DNA of 57,482 nucleotides from Lachnospiraceae bacterium (GCA_017622535.1 JAGAQX010000151.1:1-57482); one strand, 5' to 3'; shown: positions 37,093 through 46,199, counted from the first letter of the stretch. Notes: a model not told the origin generated them from the sequence alone. A program made the numbers and translations.

Positions 37093-38241
37093 TTATAAAG
37101 ATGCATCTAGAAGTTTTTTGTTTATTCTTGTCATAACTTCAAGATAATAAGCAGCCTCCTTATCGTTCATTTCATCATCTTCCATTTCTTCTAATTTCTT
37201 CATGGCTTCCGCATACTTTTCCATATAATCCAAGTAGTCCGCCATCATACTCAGTGTATCTGAGGATTCTGCATACTTCTCCATAAATGCGATATACTCG
37301 TCAAAGAATTCTTCATAACTATCCATCGCCGCCTTAAATTCTGGTCTCATTCCATCTATTAACTCATCACTTGTGCTTTCTGAGGACTCCGTACTTTCTT
37401 CTTTAGTTTCTTCCGAACTCTCAGTTTCGTCATCCTGAATCTCTTCCGTTACTTCTTTTTCATCTTCCTTATTTTCGCCCTGAATTTCTTTTATTTTCCG
37501 TTCCATAACTTCCCTTAATTTCTGTGCTACATCTTCTGCATCTTTGTTATCTGCGTAGAATTGACTAGATGCCTCTGACCAAATCACATAACACAAAGCA
37601 CTGGCATCGGACCACTCTTTATACACACTAGAAGTTGTATCCGACCACATTTCATATGCACCACCAGAAGCATCAGACCACTCTTTATACTCTAATTCTT
37701 CATACGCACCTGAAATGATACCATCGTATATGTCATCATACATATCATCCAATATACCATCATATACATCATCATAATAATGATATAAAACACCATCGTA
37801 TATCTCGTCATAATAATCATCAATGGCATCTTCCAACGCCTCCTTATCGTCTTTATGTTGTTCAAATGCTTCTTCAAAATAATTAACAGAAGATTCCGCA
37901 AGGCTCGAAAACACATCCTGTGATTCAACAACCATCTTTTCACAAAATGTATTCATTTCTTCCTTATGTTCAACATATCCATCATAAGAATTATCCATTG
38001 AGTCCACAATCGATGTATATTCTTCTTGAAATCCTATAATCATATCATAAATTGGCGTTTGCAGTTGCCCCAACTCTCCCATCTCCAATTTTTCTTCTGC
38101 TGTTTCTTCTTGTTTCGTTTTCTCCACCAAAGTCTCTGTTACATTCGATTCATTCTTGCCGACATCTGCCATTCTATTACATGCCACCATTGAAATTGAC
38201 ATACAAAATGTAATTATAATTATTGATAATTTTTTCATCAT
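37093..38241 (-). CDS. Highly acidic lipoprotein with Y-D-D-[IV]-Y-D-G and W-S-D-[AT]-S repeats
   Basis: The lipobox is ISMVAC. The central region reads YDEIYDGVLYHYYDDVYDGILDDMYDDIYDG, then YKEWSDASGGAYEMWSDTTSSVYKEWSDAS. No family was recognised. Confidence 0.65.
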   Translation of the reverse strand: MMKKLSIIIITFCMSISMVACNRMADVGKNESNVTETLVEKTKQEETAEEKLEMGELGQLQTPIYDMIIGFQEEYTSIVDSMDNSYDGYVEHKEEMNTFCEKMVVESQDVFSSLAESSVNYFEEAFEQHKDDKEALEDAIDDYYDEIYDGVLYHYYDDVYDGILDDMYDDIYDGIISGAYEELEYKEWSDASGGAYEMWSDTTSSVYKEWSDASALCYVIWSEASSQFYADNKDAEDVAQKLREVMERKIKEIQGENKEDEKEVTEEIQDDETESSEETKEESTESSESTSDELIDGMRPEFKAAMDSYEEFFDEYIAFMEKYAESSDTLSMMADYLDYMEKYAEAMKKLEEMEDDEMNDKEAAYYLEVMTRINKKLLDASL

Positions 38242-38331
38242 AAATCATCCATCCTCCTTGAATAAGTGTGTTCTCATATCTAATCTTCCGTTCTAAAACC
38301 ATCGATAAGCGCACAGTTGCTAGTTTCTTCA

Positions 38332-38661
38332 TCAAAGTTCTGCTATCATTTTTTCCACTTTAAGAATCAAATCACTGGTCTTTACATTTTTTGACTTTAA
38401 TTCATCAAGTTTTACAATTAAAGCATCCTTTTTGATATCGTTTGTAGCATCAATAATATCTTTAATTTGCCTCACACGATATCCGATATCTTGATAAAAC
38501 CGTATCTGTATCATTCGGTTCACCATATCTTCATTATAAAGCAGATATCCACGTTTCATTTTTGCTGTAGCATGCACTAACCCCTCCTTTTCATAACCTT
38601 GAATTGCTCTTCTGGAAATCCCATATTCTTCATATATTTCCCTTAACGTCCTGTTTCTCAT
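38332..38661 (-). CDS. MerR-family transcriptional regulator (109 aa)
   Basis: It has an N-terminal HTH (TLREIYEEYGISRRAIQGYEKEGLV) and a coiled-coil C-terminus. Confidence 0.75.
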   Translation of the reverse strand: MRNRTLREIYEEYGISRRAIQGYEKEGLVHATAKMKRGYLLYNEDMVNRMIQIRFYQDIGYRVRQIKDIIDATNDIKKDALIVKLDELKSKNVKTSDLILKVEKMIAEL

Positions 38662-38707
38662 TCGCTTACCTCATTTAAACAATGATTAGTTATAGCAATA
38701 TTTTGAA

Positions 38708-38729
38708 ACTGCACGTAACGTGCAGTCAA
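38708..38729 (-). promoter_or_regulatory. Perfect 8-3-8 palindrome overlapping a TTGACT -35 box upstream of merR (candidate operator)
   Basis: The palindrome is actgcacg-taa-cgtgcagt (38708-38726). On the minus strand TTGACT lies at 38729-24 and runs into the palindrome. Confidence 0.4.
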
Positions 38730-38880
38730 CACTGCTCCACTAACAACTGTCGCTATCAAAACAGGACTTGTAAATTTCGCGAATTACATTTATTCTGTTA
38801 TATTCTGGTTAGCAGAAAACCGAATCCTTATATGTACTAGTACTGAATGCAGTATTCCTGTCACCTTGTCATTTATAACA

Positions 38881-39213
38881 AAAACGCCTCGCACATCATT
38901 ACGACATACGAGGAGTTTGTTAAACTAATTGATATTCAATTCAACCGATTATCCACATCGCAAGCACAGCTTGCTCAGTGATGGACAGTCGATATATGAA
39001 AGCGCTGACGCGCATTCTCAACATAAGAGAAGGGCACGTCTCGGAAAGTAAACTTTCCGAAACGCACCCTCTTCTTATGTTACGAAAGTACTTCGTACTT
39101 TCGCATATCTCATTGTTTTCACATCTTACTTATCATTGATTGCAGCCTGTGGGATCTAAAGTCGTTGGATATAAAGTTATGTAAACTTATTTAATATCTA
39201 AAGAACTATTACA
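38881..39213 (-). repeat. Copy 2 (full form) of the ppdK-end composite element
   Basis: It comprises a terminator hairpin (38884-38920), a conserved arm, a 174-nt hairpin module (38952-39125), the 24-nt core (39126-39149), and a shared upstream arm running to about 39213. It lies directly downstream of the MCP gene. Confidence 0.85.
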
Positions 39214-41700
39214 AAAATTAATTCTACGTTCAGTTACAACCATCAAAACCATTTTTATACATTAAATCGCTCAATTAATTCCTTCAAATGGTTAAGACTT
39301 GTCTCGCTCTCACGTAAATGCTCATAACCTTCTAACGTTTTCTGAACTGCATCTTCAGATTTCTCTGCTATCATATTCACTCCACCTGCAGACTCTGTAA
39401 TTGTACGATTCACACCATCCATTGCATCCACGATTTCTACAATCTTACGATTTAATTCAGAAATTTCAGAATATATATGCTGCATTGATTCTGCATAGCT
39501 TTCCGCATCCTTCTCATAACGTTCACCTACTTGACCAAACGTACTATAATCTTCAACCACTGTTTCTTCCAAGAAACTCATAATGACCTGAATACAATCT
39601 GTCATATTAACAACAGCTTCATTGACCTCTTTTACAATTTCACTAATGCCATCTACAGTTTGGAATGTTTGATTAGCAAGTGCGCCAATTTCAGTAGCAA
39701 CTACAGCAAAACCACGACCTGCTTCCCCTGCTCTTGCAGCTTCAATGTTAGCATTCAGTGCCAGTAGATTTGTCTGAGCAGAAATATCACGAATATCATC
39801 AGTCAACTCATTGATCTTCGCAACTACTTTTGATTTTTCAATTGCTTCTTCCGTACGCGTTCTCATATCTGCATAAATAGCCATTGCTTTCTCATTAGAA
39901 GCACTTGTATTATCTCGAAGTTCTCTTGCTCTCGTCATAATTTCTCTCGACTCTTGCTGTTCACGTTCAGAAAGCTCTCGAATTTCCTCTGCATTTGTTT
40001 GGATTGCATCAATATTGCTTACAATCATAGTCGCGCTAGCGGTAGTTTCTTCCATGCCAGAGGCTAGTCCTTGGGTAGTTATAGAATTATCCTCAGAAAT
40101 AGAATTGTTTTCCCTCATTATGTCATCTAAACGCTCCATATTTCCAATCAAATCATCTTTAATACCTTCCATGTTACCTACCAACTCACGCAAAACAGAA
40201 CGCATTTCATTTACCGCCTTTGCCATAACGCCGGTCTCATCACGTTTATTCATCAATTCATCAATTCCTGCAGCTCGTTGAAAATCTAGCTGTGCAGTCT
40301 GTTTAATAATTTCTGTAATTCGTTTAATCGGTTTTGCAATCGTACTTCCTATCAAAACTCCAAGCACAATAGCAATCATCAATCCCAAGGCAAGAAACAT
40401 CAATATTTGACCAGAAAGGGCATTTGCATCAGCCGTAATTTCCTCTAATGGCGCTGTCAATACAAGCTTCATACCATTCTTCAGTTCCACATAAGCTAAG
40501 TATTTTTCCTCACCATTATAGTTATACTGCAGTGTTTTACCTTGATTAGCAGCATCCAATATAAAATCCTTAACAACTGTTAAGTCTCCATCATTATACT
40601 CTGCTAAATCAGTACCAGACTCTATATCTTTATGATACAATACATTACCTGTCGAACTAACCAAAAAGGAATATCCAGTATCAAAGGCAATCGCATCATC
40701 TGCTAAAGACGTCAACTGGCCAAAATCAATATCCATTCCTAGAATTCCTACTGATGTACCATTTTCATAAAGTGGAACCACATAAGAAATCATATAAACA
40801 TTAATATTAGCATTCAAATAAGGGTCCATCCAAAGTGGAGCTTTGTTTGCAACTGGTAGATAATACCAACCCACATGTGCTAAATCAGACGGATCATACA
40901 TACTAAAATCCGTTGGTGTCACACTGTCAAATGCAGACTCCGTATCATTACGAGTCAAAAATATACCAGAAGTTGGTTCTGTAAATTCTGGATTATAACG
41001 GATATATGCTGTAATTGCTCCGTCTGTATGCTCTGCAAAAGTATAAAAATCCTCCAAAAGTCCATTGGTATACTCGCTCACATATTCATTATTATTCTTA
41101 AATGTAGAAAATTCCAACTTTTCCATTGCAATATCGCTGATCGTGTCTACCGATTGCTCAATTCTAGAAATCAAAGCATTAATTTCTTCACCTGTATTTT
41201 CACAGGTTAGCACTAGTTCATTTTCAGCTGCAGCATTCGATAATTCTCTCGTATCAGAAATACTAAGCAAACTGATAATACATGCTGTAATTAAAGAGCA
41301 TATCACAATTGCAACTGTAATTTTCATTCGTATAGATTTCATAGTAAACCCTCCTCACTTTGACATCTTAATAATTATACCACACAATCACACATTAATA
41401 ATATCTTTTTTTTATAAAATTGCATCTTTCTGATAGCCTTTTCAAAAAATCAACCAAAAACTCCTTGCACTTCATTACGAAGCACAAGGAGCTTATTAAA
41501 CTAATTGATATTCAATTCAACCGATTATCCACATCGCAAGCACAGCTTGCTCAGTGATGGACAGTCGATATATGAATGTACTGACGTACTTTCGCCACAC
41601 ATAAAGAAAGCGTATCCAGGAATGCAAGCACTCCTGAATACGCTTCTTTTATGTGTTACGAATGCCTTCCGGCATTCGCATATCTCATTGTTTTCACATC
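39150..41700 (-). mobile_element. Putative inserted cassette B, bounded by core copies 2 and 3 (single MCP gene)
   Basis: The architecture matches cassette A: shared arm, then cargo, then structured module. It is flanked by the 24-nt direct repeats, and no recombinase is encoded. Confidence 0.35.
39255..41342 (-). CDS. Methyl-accepting chemotaxis protein with extracytoplasmic Cache-type sensor and HAMP
   Basis: Two TM helices flank a sensor domain of about 280 aa. A HAMP domain and an MA domain follow, with the tip [30 protein letters not shown]. Confidence 0.88.
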   Translation of the reverse strand: MKSIRMKITVAIVICSLITACIISLLSISDTRELSNAAAENELVLTCENTGEEINALISRIEQSVDTISDIAMEKLEFSTFKNNNEYVSEYTNGLLEDFYTFAEHTDGAITAYIRYNPEFTEPTSGIFLTRNDTESAFDSVTPTDFSMYDPSDLAHVGWYYLPVANKAPLWMDPYLNANINVYMISYVVPLYENGTSVGILGMDIDFGQLTSLADDAIAFDTGYSFLVSSTGNVLYHKDIESGTDLAEYNDGDLTVVKDFILDAANQGKTLQYNYNGEEKYLAYVELKNGMKLVLTAPLEEITADANALSGQILMFLALGLMIAIVLGVLIGSTIAKPIKRITEIIKQTAQLDFQRAAGIDELMNKRDETGVMAKAVNEMRSVLRELVGNMEGIKDDLIGNMERLDDIMRENNSISEDNSITTQGLASGMEETTASATMIVSNIDAIQTNAEEIRELSEREQQESREIMTRARELRDNTSASNEKAMAIYADMRTRTEEAIEKSKVVAKINELTDDIRDISAQTNLLALNANIEAARAGEAGRGFAVVATEIGALANQTFQTVDGISEIVKEVNEAVVNMTDCIQVIMSFLEETVVEDYSTFGQVGERYEKDAESYAESMQHIYSEISELNRKIVEIVDAMDGVNRTITESAGGVNMIAEKSEDAVQKTLEGYEHLRESETSLNHLKELIERFNV

Positions 41701-41724
41701 TTACTTATCATTGATTGCAGCCTG
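41455..41724 (-). repeat. Copy 3 (full form) of the composite element, forming the 3' end and 3' UTR of ppdK
   Basis: It comprises a terminator hairpin (41461-41491), a conserved arm, a 173-nt hairpin module (41528-41700), and the core 41701-41724. The core here encodes QAAINDK plus TAA of ppdK. Confidence 0.85.
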
Positions 41725-44334
41725 AGCAGCAGCTAATCTAGCGATAGGTACACGGAATGGAGAACATGATACATAGTTCAATCCTACCTTATGGCAGAAC
41801 TCGATTGAAGATGGATCTCCACCGTGCTCACCACAGATACCTAACTTGATATCTGGACGAGTCTTACGTCCCTTCTCTGCAGCCATCTGAACTAACTGGC
41901 CAACACCTGTCTGGTCAAGACGAGCAAATGGATCTGACTCGTAAATCTTAGCCTGGTAGTAAGAATCTAAGAACTTACCAGCATCATCACGAGAGAAACC
42001 GAATGTCATCTGTGTTAAGTCGTTAGTACCGAATGAGAAGAACTCAGCCTCTTCAGCAACCTGGTCAGCTGTAAGAGCAGCACGAGGAATCTCGATCATT
42101 GTACCGATGTGGTACTGGATATCAGAATTCTTCTCAGCCTTAACAGCCTCACAAACCTCAACTACAACATCCTTAACATACTTAAGCTCTTTCTTCTCGC
42201 CTACTAATGGGATCATGATTTCTGGAACGATGTCATAACCCTTCTCAGCCTTAACTTCGATAGCAGCTTCCATAACAGCTCTTGTCTGCATCTTAGCGAT
42301 TTCTGGATATGTTACAGCAAGACGACATCCACGGTGACCCATCATTGGGTTAAACTCATGAAGTGCATCACACTTAGCCTTAACGTCAGCAACTGTAAGA
42401 CCCATATCATCAGCTAATGCCTTGATATCAGCTTCCTCAGTTGGAACGAACTCATGAAGAGGTGGATCCAAGTAACGAACTGTCATTGGACGACCCTCTA
42501 ATGTCTCGTACATAGCCTTGAAGTCAGCCTTCTGGAACTCACCGATTGCCTTAAGAGCCTCTTCTCTAGCTTCTACTGTATCAGAAAGGATCATCTTTCT
42601 GAACTTAGGAATTCTGTCCTCACCAAAGAACATATGCTCTGTACGGCAAAGACCGATACCCTCAGCACCTAACTCAACAGCCTTAGCTGTATCAGCAGGA
42701 GTATCTGCATTTGTACGAACCATTAACTTTCTATACTTATCTGCCCAAGCCATAACACGACCGAAGTCACCACCAATTGATGGCTCTACTGTCTTGATAT
42801 CGCCCTTGTAAATCTTACCTGTTGTACCATCAAGAGAAATGTAATCTCCCTCATGGAATGTGTATCCACCTAACTCGAAGTACTTCTCTTCTTCGTTAAT
42901 CTTAATCTCACCACAACCAGATACACAACATGTACCCATACCACGAGCAACTACAGCAGCGTGTGATGTCATACCACCACGAACTGTTAAGATACCCTGT
43001 GAAGCATGCATACCTTCGATATCTTCTGGAGATGTCTCAAGACGAACTAAGATACATCTCTCGCCACGTCCACCGATACCAGCTTCCTTAGCATCATCAG
43101 CTGTAAAGTAAACCTTACCAGCAGCAGCACCTGGTGAAGCAGGAAGAGCTGAACCAATAACCTCGCCAGCTTTAAGTGCAGCAGCATCGAATGTTGGGTG
43201 AAGTAACTGATCAAGAGACTTAGCCTCGATACGGCAAACTGCCTCTTCCTCTGTAATCTGACCTTCATCTACTAAATCACAAGCAATCTTGATAGCAGCT
43301 GGAGCTGTTCTCTTACCATTACGTGTCTGTAAGAAGTATAACTTACCTTCCTCGATAGTGAACTCCATATCCTGCATATCATGGAAGTGATTCTCAAGCT
43401 TCATAGCTAACTCCATGAACTGAGCGTAGCACTCTGGCATATCCTGCTCTAACTGAGAAATTGGCTGAGGTGTACGAACACCAGCAACTACGTCCTCACC
43501 CTGAGCATTGATTAAGTACTCACCAAAGATACCCTTAGCACCTGTAGATGGGTTACGAGTAAATGCTACACCAGTACCTGATGTCTCACCCTTATTACCG
43601 AATACCATTGTCTGTACGTTAACAGCTGTTCCCCAATCACCAGGGATGTCGTTCATACGACGGTAAACGATAGCACGTGGGTTATCCCAAGAACGGAATA
43701 CAGCCTTAACAGCTCCCATTAACTGATCCTTAGGATCCTGTGGGAATTCCTCACCGTTCATAGCATCTTTGTAAATCGCCTTGAACTGATTAGCTAAATC
43801 CTTTAAGTCATCAGCAGTTAAATCTGTATCATAAGTAACGCCCTTAGCTTCCTTCATCTCATCGATCTTCTTCTCGAAGAATGACTTTGGAACCTCCATA
43901 ACTACGTCAGCGTACATCTGAATAAATCTTCTGTATGAATCGTAAGCAAATCTTGGATTACCAGTCTTCTTAGCAAATCCTTCAACAGCCACGTCATTAA
44001 GACCTAAGTTAAGGATTGTATCCATCATACCAGGCATAGATGCACGAGCACCTGAACGAACTGATACTAATAATGGATCTTCTGTATCACCAAACTTCTT
44101 ACCGTTATATTCCTCTAACCAAGCAATTGCCTCGAAAATCTGCTTCTGAATCTCCTCAGAAATCTGCTTACCCTGGTTATAGTAATCTGTACAAGCCTCT
44201 GTTGTTACTGTGAATCCCTGTGGAATTGGTAAACCTAAGCCAGTCATCTCAGCTAAGTTACATCCCTTACCACCAAGAAGGTTTCTCATTGATGCGTCGC
44301 CTTCTTTAAACAAATAAACCCATTTGTTTGCCAT
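41701..44334 (-). CDS. ppdK: Pyruvate, phosphate dikinase
   Basis: The N-terminus is MANKWVYLFKEGDASMRNLLGGKGCNLAEM and the catalytic His loop is GGMTSHAAVVARGMG. A C-terminal PEP-utilising TIM barrel follows. The start is set at ATG 44334, preceded by AGGAGG; the track ORF extends to 44409. Confidence 0.95.
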   Translation of the reverse strand: MANKWVYLFKEGDASMRNLLGGKGCNLAEMTGLGLPIPQGFTVTTEACTDYYNQGKQISEEIQKQIFEAIAWLEEYNGKKFGDTEDPLLVSVRSGARASMPGMMDTILNLGLNDVAVEGFAKKTGNPRFAYDSYRRFIQMYADVVMEVPKSFFEKKIDEMKEAKGVTYDTDLTADDLKDLANQFKAIYKDAMNGEEFPQDPKDQLMGAVKAVFRSWDNPRAIVYRRMNDIPGDWGTAVNVQTMVFGNKGETSGTGVAFTRNPSTGAKGIFGEYLINAQGEDVVAGVRTPQPISQLEQDMPECYAQFMELAMKLENHFHDMQDMEFTIEEGKLYFLQTRNGKRTAPAAIKIACDLVDEGQITEEEAVCRIEAKSLDQLLHPTFDAAALKAGEVIGSALPASPGAAAGKVYFTADDAKEAGIGGRGERCILVRLETSPEDIEGMHASQGILTVRGGMTSHAAVVARGMGTCCVSGCGEIKINEEEKYFELGGYTFHEGDYISLDGTTGKIYKGDIKTVEPSIGGDFGRVMAWADKYRKLMVRTNADTPADTAKAVELGAEGIGLCRTEHMFFGEDRIPKFRKMILSDTVEAREEALKAIGEFQKADFKAMYETLEGRPMTVRYLDPPLHEFVPTEEADIKALADDMGLTVADVKAKCDALHEFNPMMGHRGCRLAVTYPEIAKMQTRAVMEAAIEVKAEKGYDIVPEIMIPLVGEKKELKYVKDVVVEVCEAVKAEKNSDIQYHIGTMIEIPRAALTADQVAEEAEFFSFGTNDLTQMTFGFSRDDAGKFLDSYYQAKIYESDPFARLDQTGVGQLVQMAAEKGRKTRPDIKLGICGEHGGDPSSIEFCHKVGLNYVSCSPFRVPIARLAAAQAAINDK

Positions 44335-44630
44335 TTGATATATACCTCCTAAGTATTTGATAATTGTACTCGGACAGATTGGAACACCTGTCCACAGTCT
44401 GTTAACCATTATAGCATATAATATAAAAAATTCAAAACCTTTTTTCCGTTTTTTGTTAGTTTTTCTGTGTTTTTTTTAATACACTGATGTATTACATTTT
44501 TTTGCATTATCATATAAGCATCTTATCTTGCAATAAATACCTGATACCAACTTAAATAATTGTTGATATTCTTTCTCCTTGTACATAAAAATTTCGTAAT
44601 TTAATTCCTCTCTATACAAACAAAGAGCGA

Positions 44631-44664
44631 CAAAAAAACTGTCAGACATAAGGTCTGACAGTTT
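44631..44664 (-). terminator. Rho-independent terminator after the NlpC/P60 gene
   Basis: A 12-bp stem forms between aaactgtcagac and gtctgacagttt, followed on the minus strand by TTTTTTTG. Confidence 0.85.
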
Positions 44665-44689
44665 CATAACTCATAATATATTCAATTCA

Positions 44690-46051
44690 TTATTTAACGA
44701 TACGAACTGCTTTATTAATTGGCGAATAATTATAGCTAGAAATCTTAATTCCTGTCTTTGCATTACTAGCATGAACAACCTGTCCACCACCAATATAAAT
44801 GGCAACGTGTCCATAACCATGATAGAACAACAAATCACCTGGCTGTAAACTATCTACGCTCACTTGTCTTCCAGCGCCAGCCTGACTAGCTGCAGTTCTA
44901 GGTAATGAATAACCAAAATGCTTATATACCGATTGAACGAATCCGGAACAATCCGCACCATTTGTTAAGCTTGTACCACCATACACATAAGGATTACCAA
45001 CAAACTGTACTGCGTAATTAGCAATTGCTTGTCCACTTGTACTACTTGATTCCTGCTTAACTGTTTCCTTTGATGTATCTTCCTTCTCTACTTTGACATC
45101 AGTAGATGTAACAGCCTCCTGCTTAGGTGCCTCTGTTGTTGGGGCTTGTGTCGTTGGAGCCTGTGTTGTTGGAGCCTGTGTTGTTGGTGTTTGTGCCGCC
45201 TGTTGCTGAGCTGCTGCCGCCGCTGCTGCTTCTGCTGCCGCCTGTGCTTCTGCTGCTGCCTGTGCTTCTGCTGCTGCCTGTGCTTCTGCTGCTGCAATTG
45301 CCGCCTGCTCTTCTTCGATTGTTATTGCTGTTTCATATACATAATCGATATATACGTAATCACTTGATACATATCCAACCTGCTCTTCATCTAAAGCAAC
45401 TTTAACCCATCCGTTCTCATTACCAAGAATAGTAAATGTAGAACCCTCATCGGTTAATGTTAAAATATCACTCTCGGTTGACTCTTCTGCTCTTACATTC
45501 AATGTTTCTGTAGCAACCTTAGCGACCTGATCACAATTACTCTCAATGTATGCTTCTGCAGCTTCACCAAATAACAAATAATCGTTGTGAACATATCCAT
45601 AAGCATTACCAGATGCAACAACAGACCATTCGTCACCCTTCTCTATAATTGTTCCTACATTACCTCTGTAAAACTTACCTACTACTTCCGCTTCCTCTGA
45701 AGGTTCTGTTCTAATATTCAAAAAACTATCAATATTAGCAACTACTTGATTACTCTCTAACGTTGCCGCCTTCTCTTCGAGCTGACTAGCTTCCTCTTCA
45801 ACATTCTCTACAACAGCTTCTGTTGTTACTTCTGCAACATCTGTAGCTTCTGTAGCCTCTGCTGTAGGTGTAACCATAATACCTTTTGCAATATTCTTAG
45901 AATCCGCTACACTATTCTCAATCGCCTTACTAATAATAGCAGGTGTTTCACTAACCTCATCCTTAACACTAGTTGTATATGAAGTTCCTCCTAACAAAAT
46001 GGACATCATTGCCACTGCTAACATCGAACCTCTAATAATCTTCTTCTTCAT
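44690..46051 (-). CDS. Secreted cell-wall hydrolase: two SH3b domains, an Ala/Gln/Thr-Pro linker, and an NlpC/P60 domain
   Basis: It has a signal peptide and two SH3_3-like segments (LNIRTEPSEEAEVVG, LNVRAEESTESDI). The C-terminus carries DCSGFVQSVY...GHVAIYIGGGQVVHA. Confidence 0.88.
   Translation of the reverse strand: MKKKIIRGSMLAVAMMSILLGGTSYTTSVKDEVSETPAIISKAIENSVADSKNIAKGIMVTPTAEATEATDVAEVTTEAVVENVEEEASQLEEKAATLESNQVVANIDSFLNIRTEPSEEAEVVGKFYRGNVGTIIEKGDEWSVVASGNAYGYVHNDYLLFGEAAEAYIESNCDQVAKVATETLNVRAEESTESDILTLTDEGSTFTILGNENGWVKVALDEEQVGYVSSDYVYIDYVYETAITIEEEQAAIAAAEAQAAAEAQAAAEAQAAAEAAAAAAAQQQAAQTPTTQAPTTQAPTTQAPTTEAPKQEAVTSTDVKVEKEDTSKETVKQESSSTSGQAIANYAVQFVGNPYVYGGTSLTNGADCSGFVQSVYKHFGYSLPRTAASQAGAGRQVSVDSLQPGDLLFYHGYGHVAIYIGGGQVVHASNAKTGIKISSYNYSPINKAVRIVK
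45131..45190 (-). repeat. Imperfect 15-nt tandem repeat x4 (encodes the QAPTT repeats of the P60 linker)
   Basis: The units are ctctgttgttggggc / ttgtgtcgttggagc / ctgtgttgttggagc / ctgtgttgttggtgt. Confidence 0.8.
45231..45296 (-). repeat. 18-nt tandem repeat x3.6 (encodes the AEAQAA repeats of the P60 linker)
   Basis: The unit tctgctgcYgcctgtgct repeats head to tail at 45231, 45249 and 45267. A partial unit spans 45285-45296. Confidence 0.85.
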
Positions 46052-46116
46052 ATCATACCTCGTTTTATTCGTTGGTTTAATTGTTACAAAAATGTTACAA
46101 ATCCACTAACATCCTT

Positions 46117-46145
46117 ATGATAACAAAGGATATCGGTTATGTCAA
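46117..46145 (-). promoter_or_regulatory. Candidate promoter of the NlpC/P60 gene
   Basis: The minus strand reads TTGACA (46145-46140), a 17-nt spacer, then TATCAT (46122-46117). The inverted repeat atcctt-N9-aaggat overlaps the -10 box. Confidence 0.5.
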
Positions 46146-46199
46146 CCTATAATTTATACTTTTTTTGTTTACAAATTATACTTTTATACGTATATTTTA

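Larger units (their letters stand above)
34410..39125 (-). mobile_element. Putative inserted cassette A, bounded by core copies 1 and 2 (phd-parE, small ORF, two DUF4230-like genes, acidic lipoprotein, merR)
   Basis: The cassette is flanked by identical 24-nt direct repeats. It begins with the shared arm and ends with the structured module. No recombinase is encoded, so mobility is inferred only from this architecture. Confidence 0.35.

Noticed and set aside
39082-39110. A mini-ORF at the 5' end of the element on the minus strand: AUGAGAUAUGCG..., 12 codons in copy 2 and 10 codons in copy 3.
   Set aside because: There is no Shine-Dalgarno sequence. The peptide sequence is not conserved beyond MRYA, and the codons lie inside covarying hairpin c.
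34306-41724. The possibility that the three repeats are a CRISPR array or integron attC sites.
   Set aside because: The repeats are 170-330 nt long and are separated by 2.5 and 4.7 kb of ordinary genes, so they are not a CRISPR array. For integron attC I looked for the R''/R' boxes (RYYYAAC / GTTRRRY) at the hairpin bases. I found only a poor match (GTTACGA), there are three hairpins rather than one, and no intI-like gene is present. The analogy is kept only as a loose comparison.
44476-44667. A 63-aa ORF in the ppdK upstream region.
   Set aside because: It starts within the terminator hairpin of the P60 gene, has no RBS, and shows AT-rich codon usage. The region is better explained as the ppdK promoter and leader.
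45088-45405. ORFs of 69-92 aa rich in Q/H/R or L/C/P within the P60 gene.
   Set aside because: These are alternative-frame translations of the 15-nt and 18-nt tandem repeats. The P60 frame is continuous and carries the SH3b and NlpC/P60 motifs.
46052-46140. A c-di-AMP (ydaO-type) riboswitch, which often precedes NlpC/P60 hydrolase genes.
   Set aside because: The leader from the predicted promoter to the ATG is only about 65-75 nt. It lacks the ACGGGGA / CCCGAAUCC-type conserved strings.
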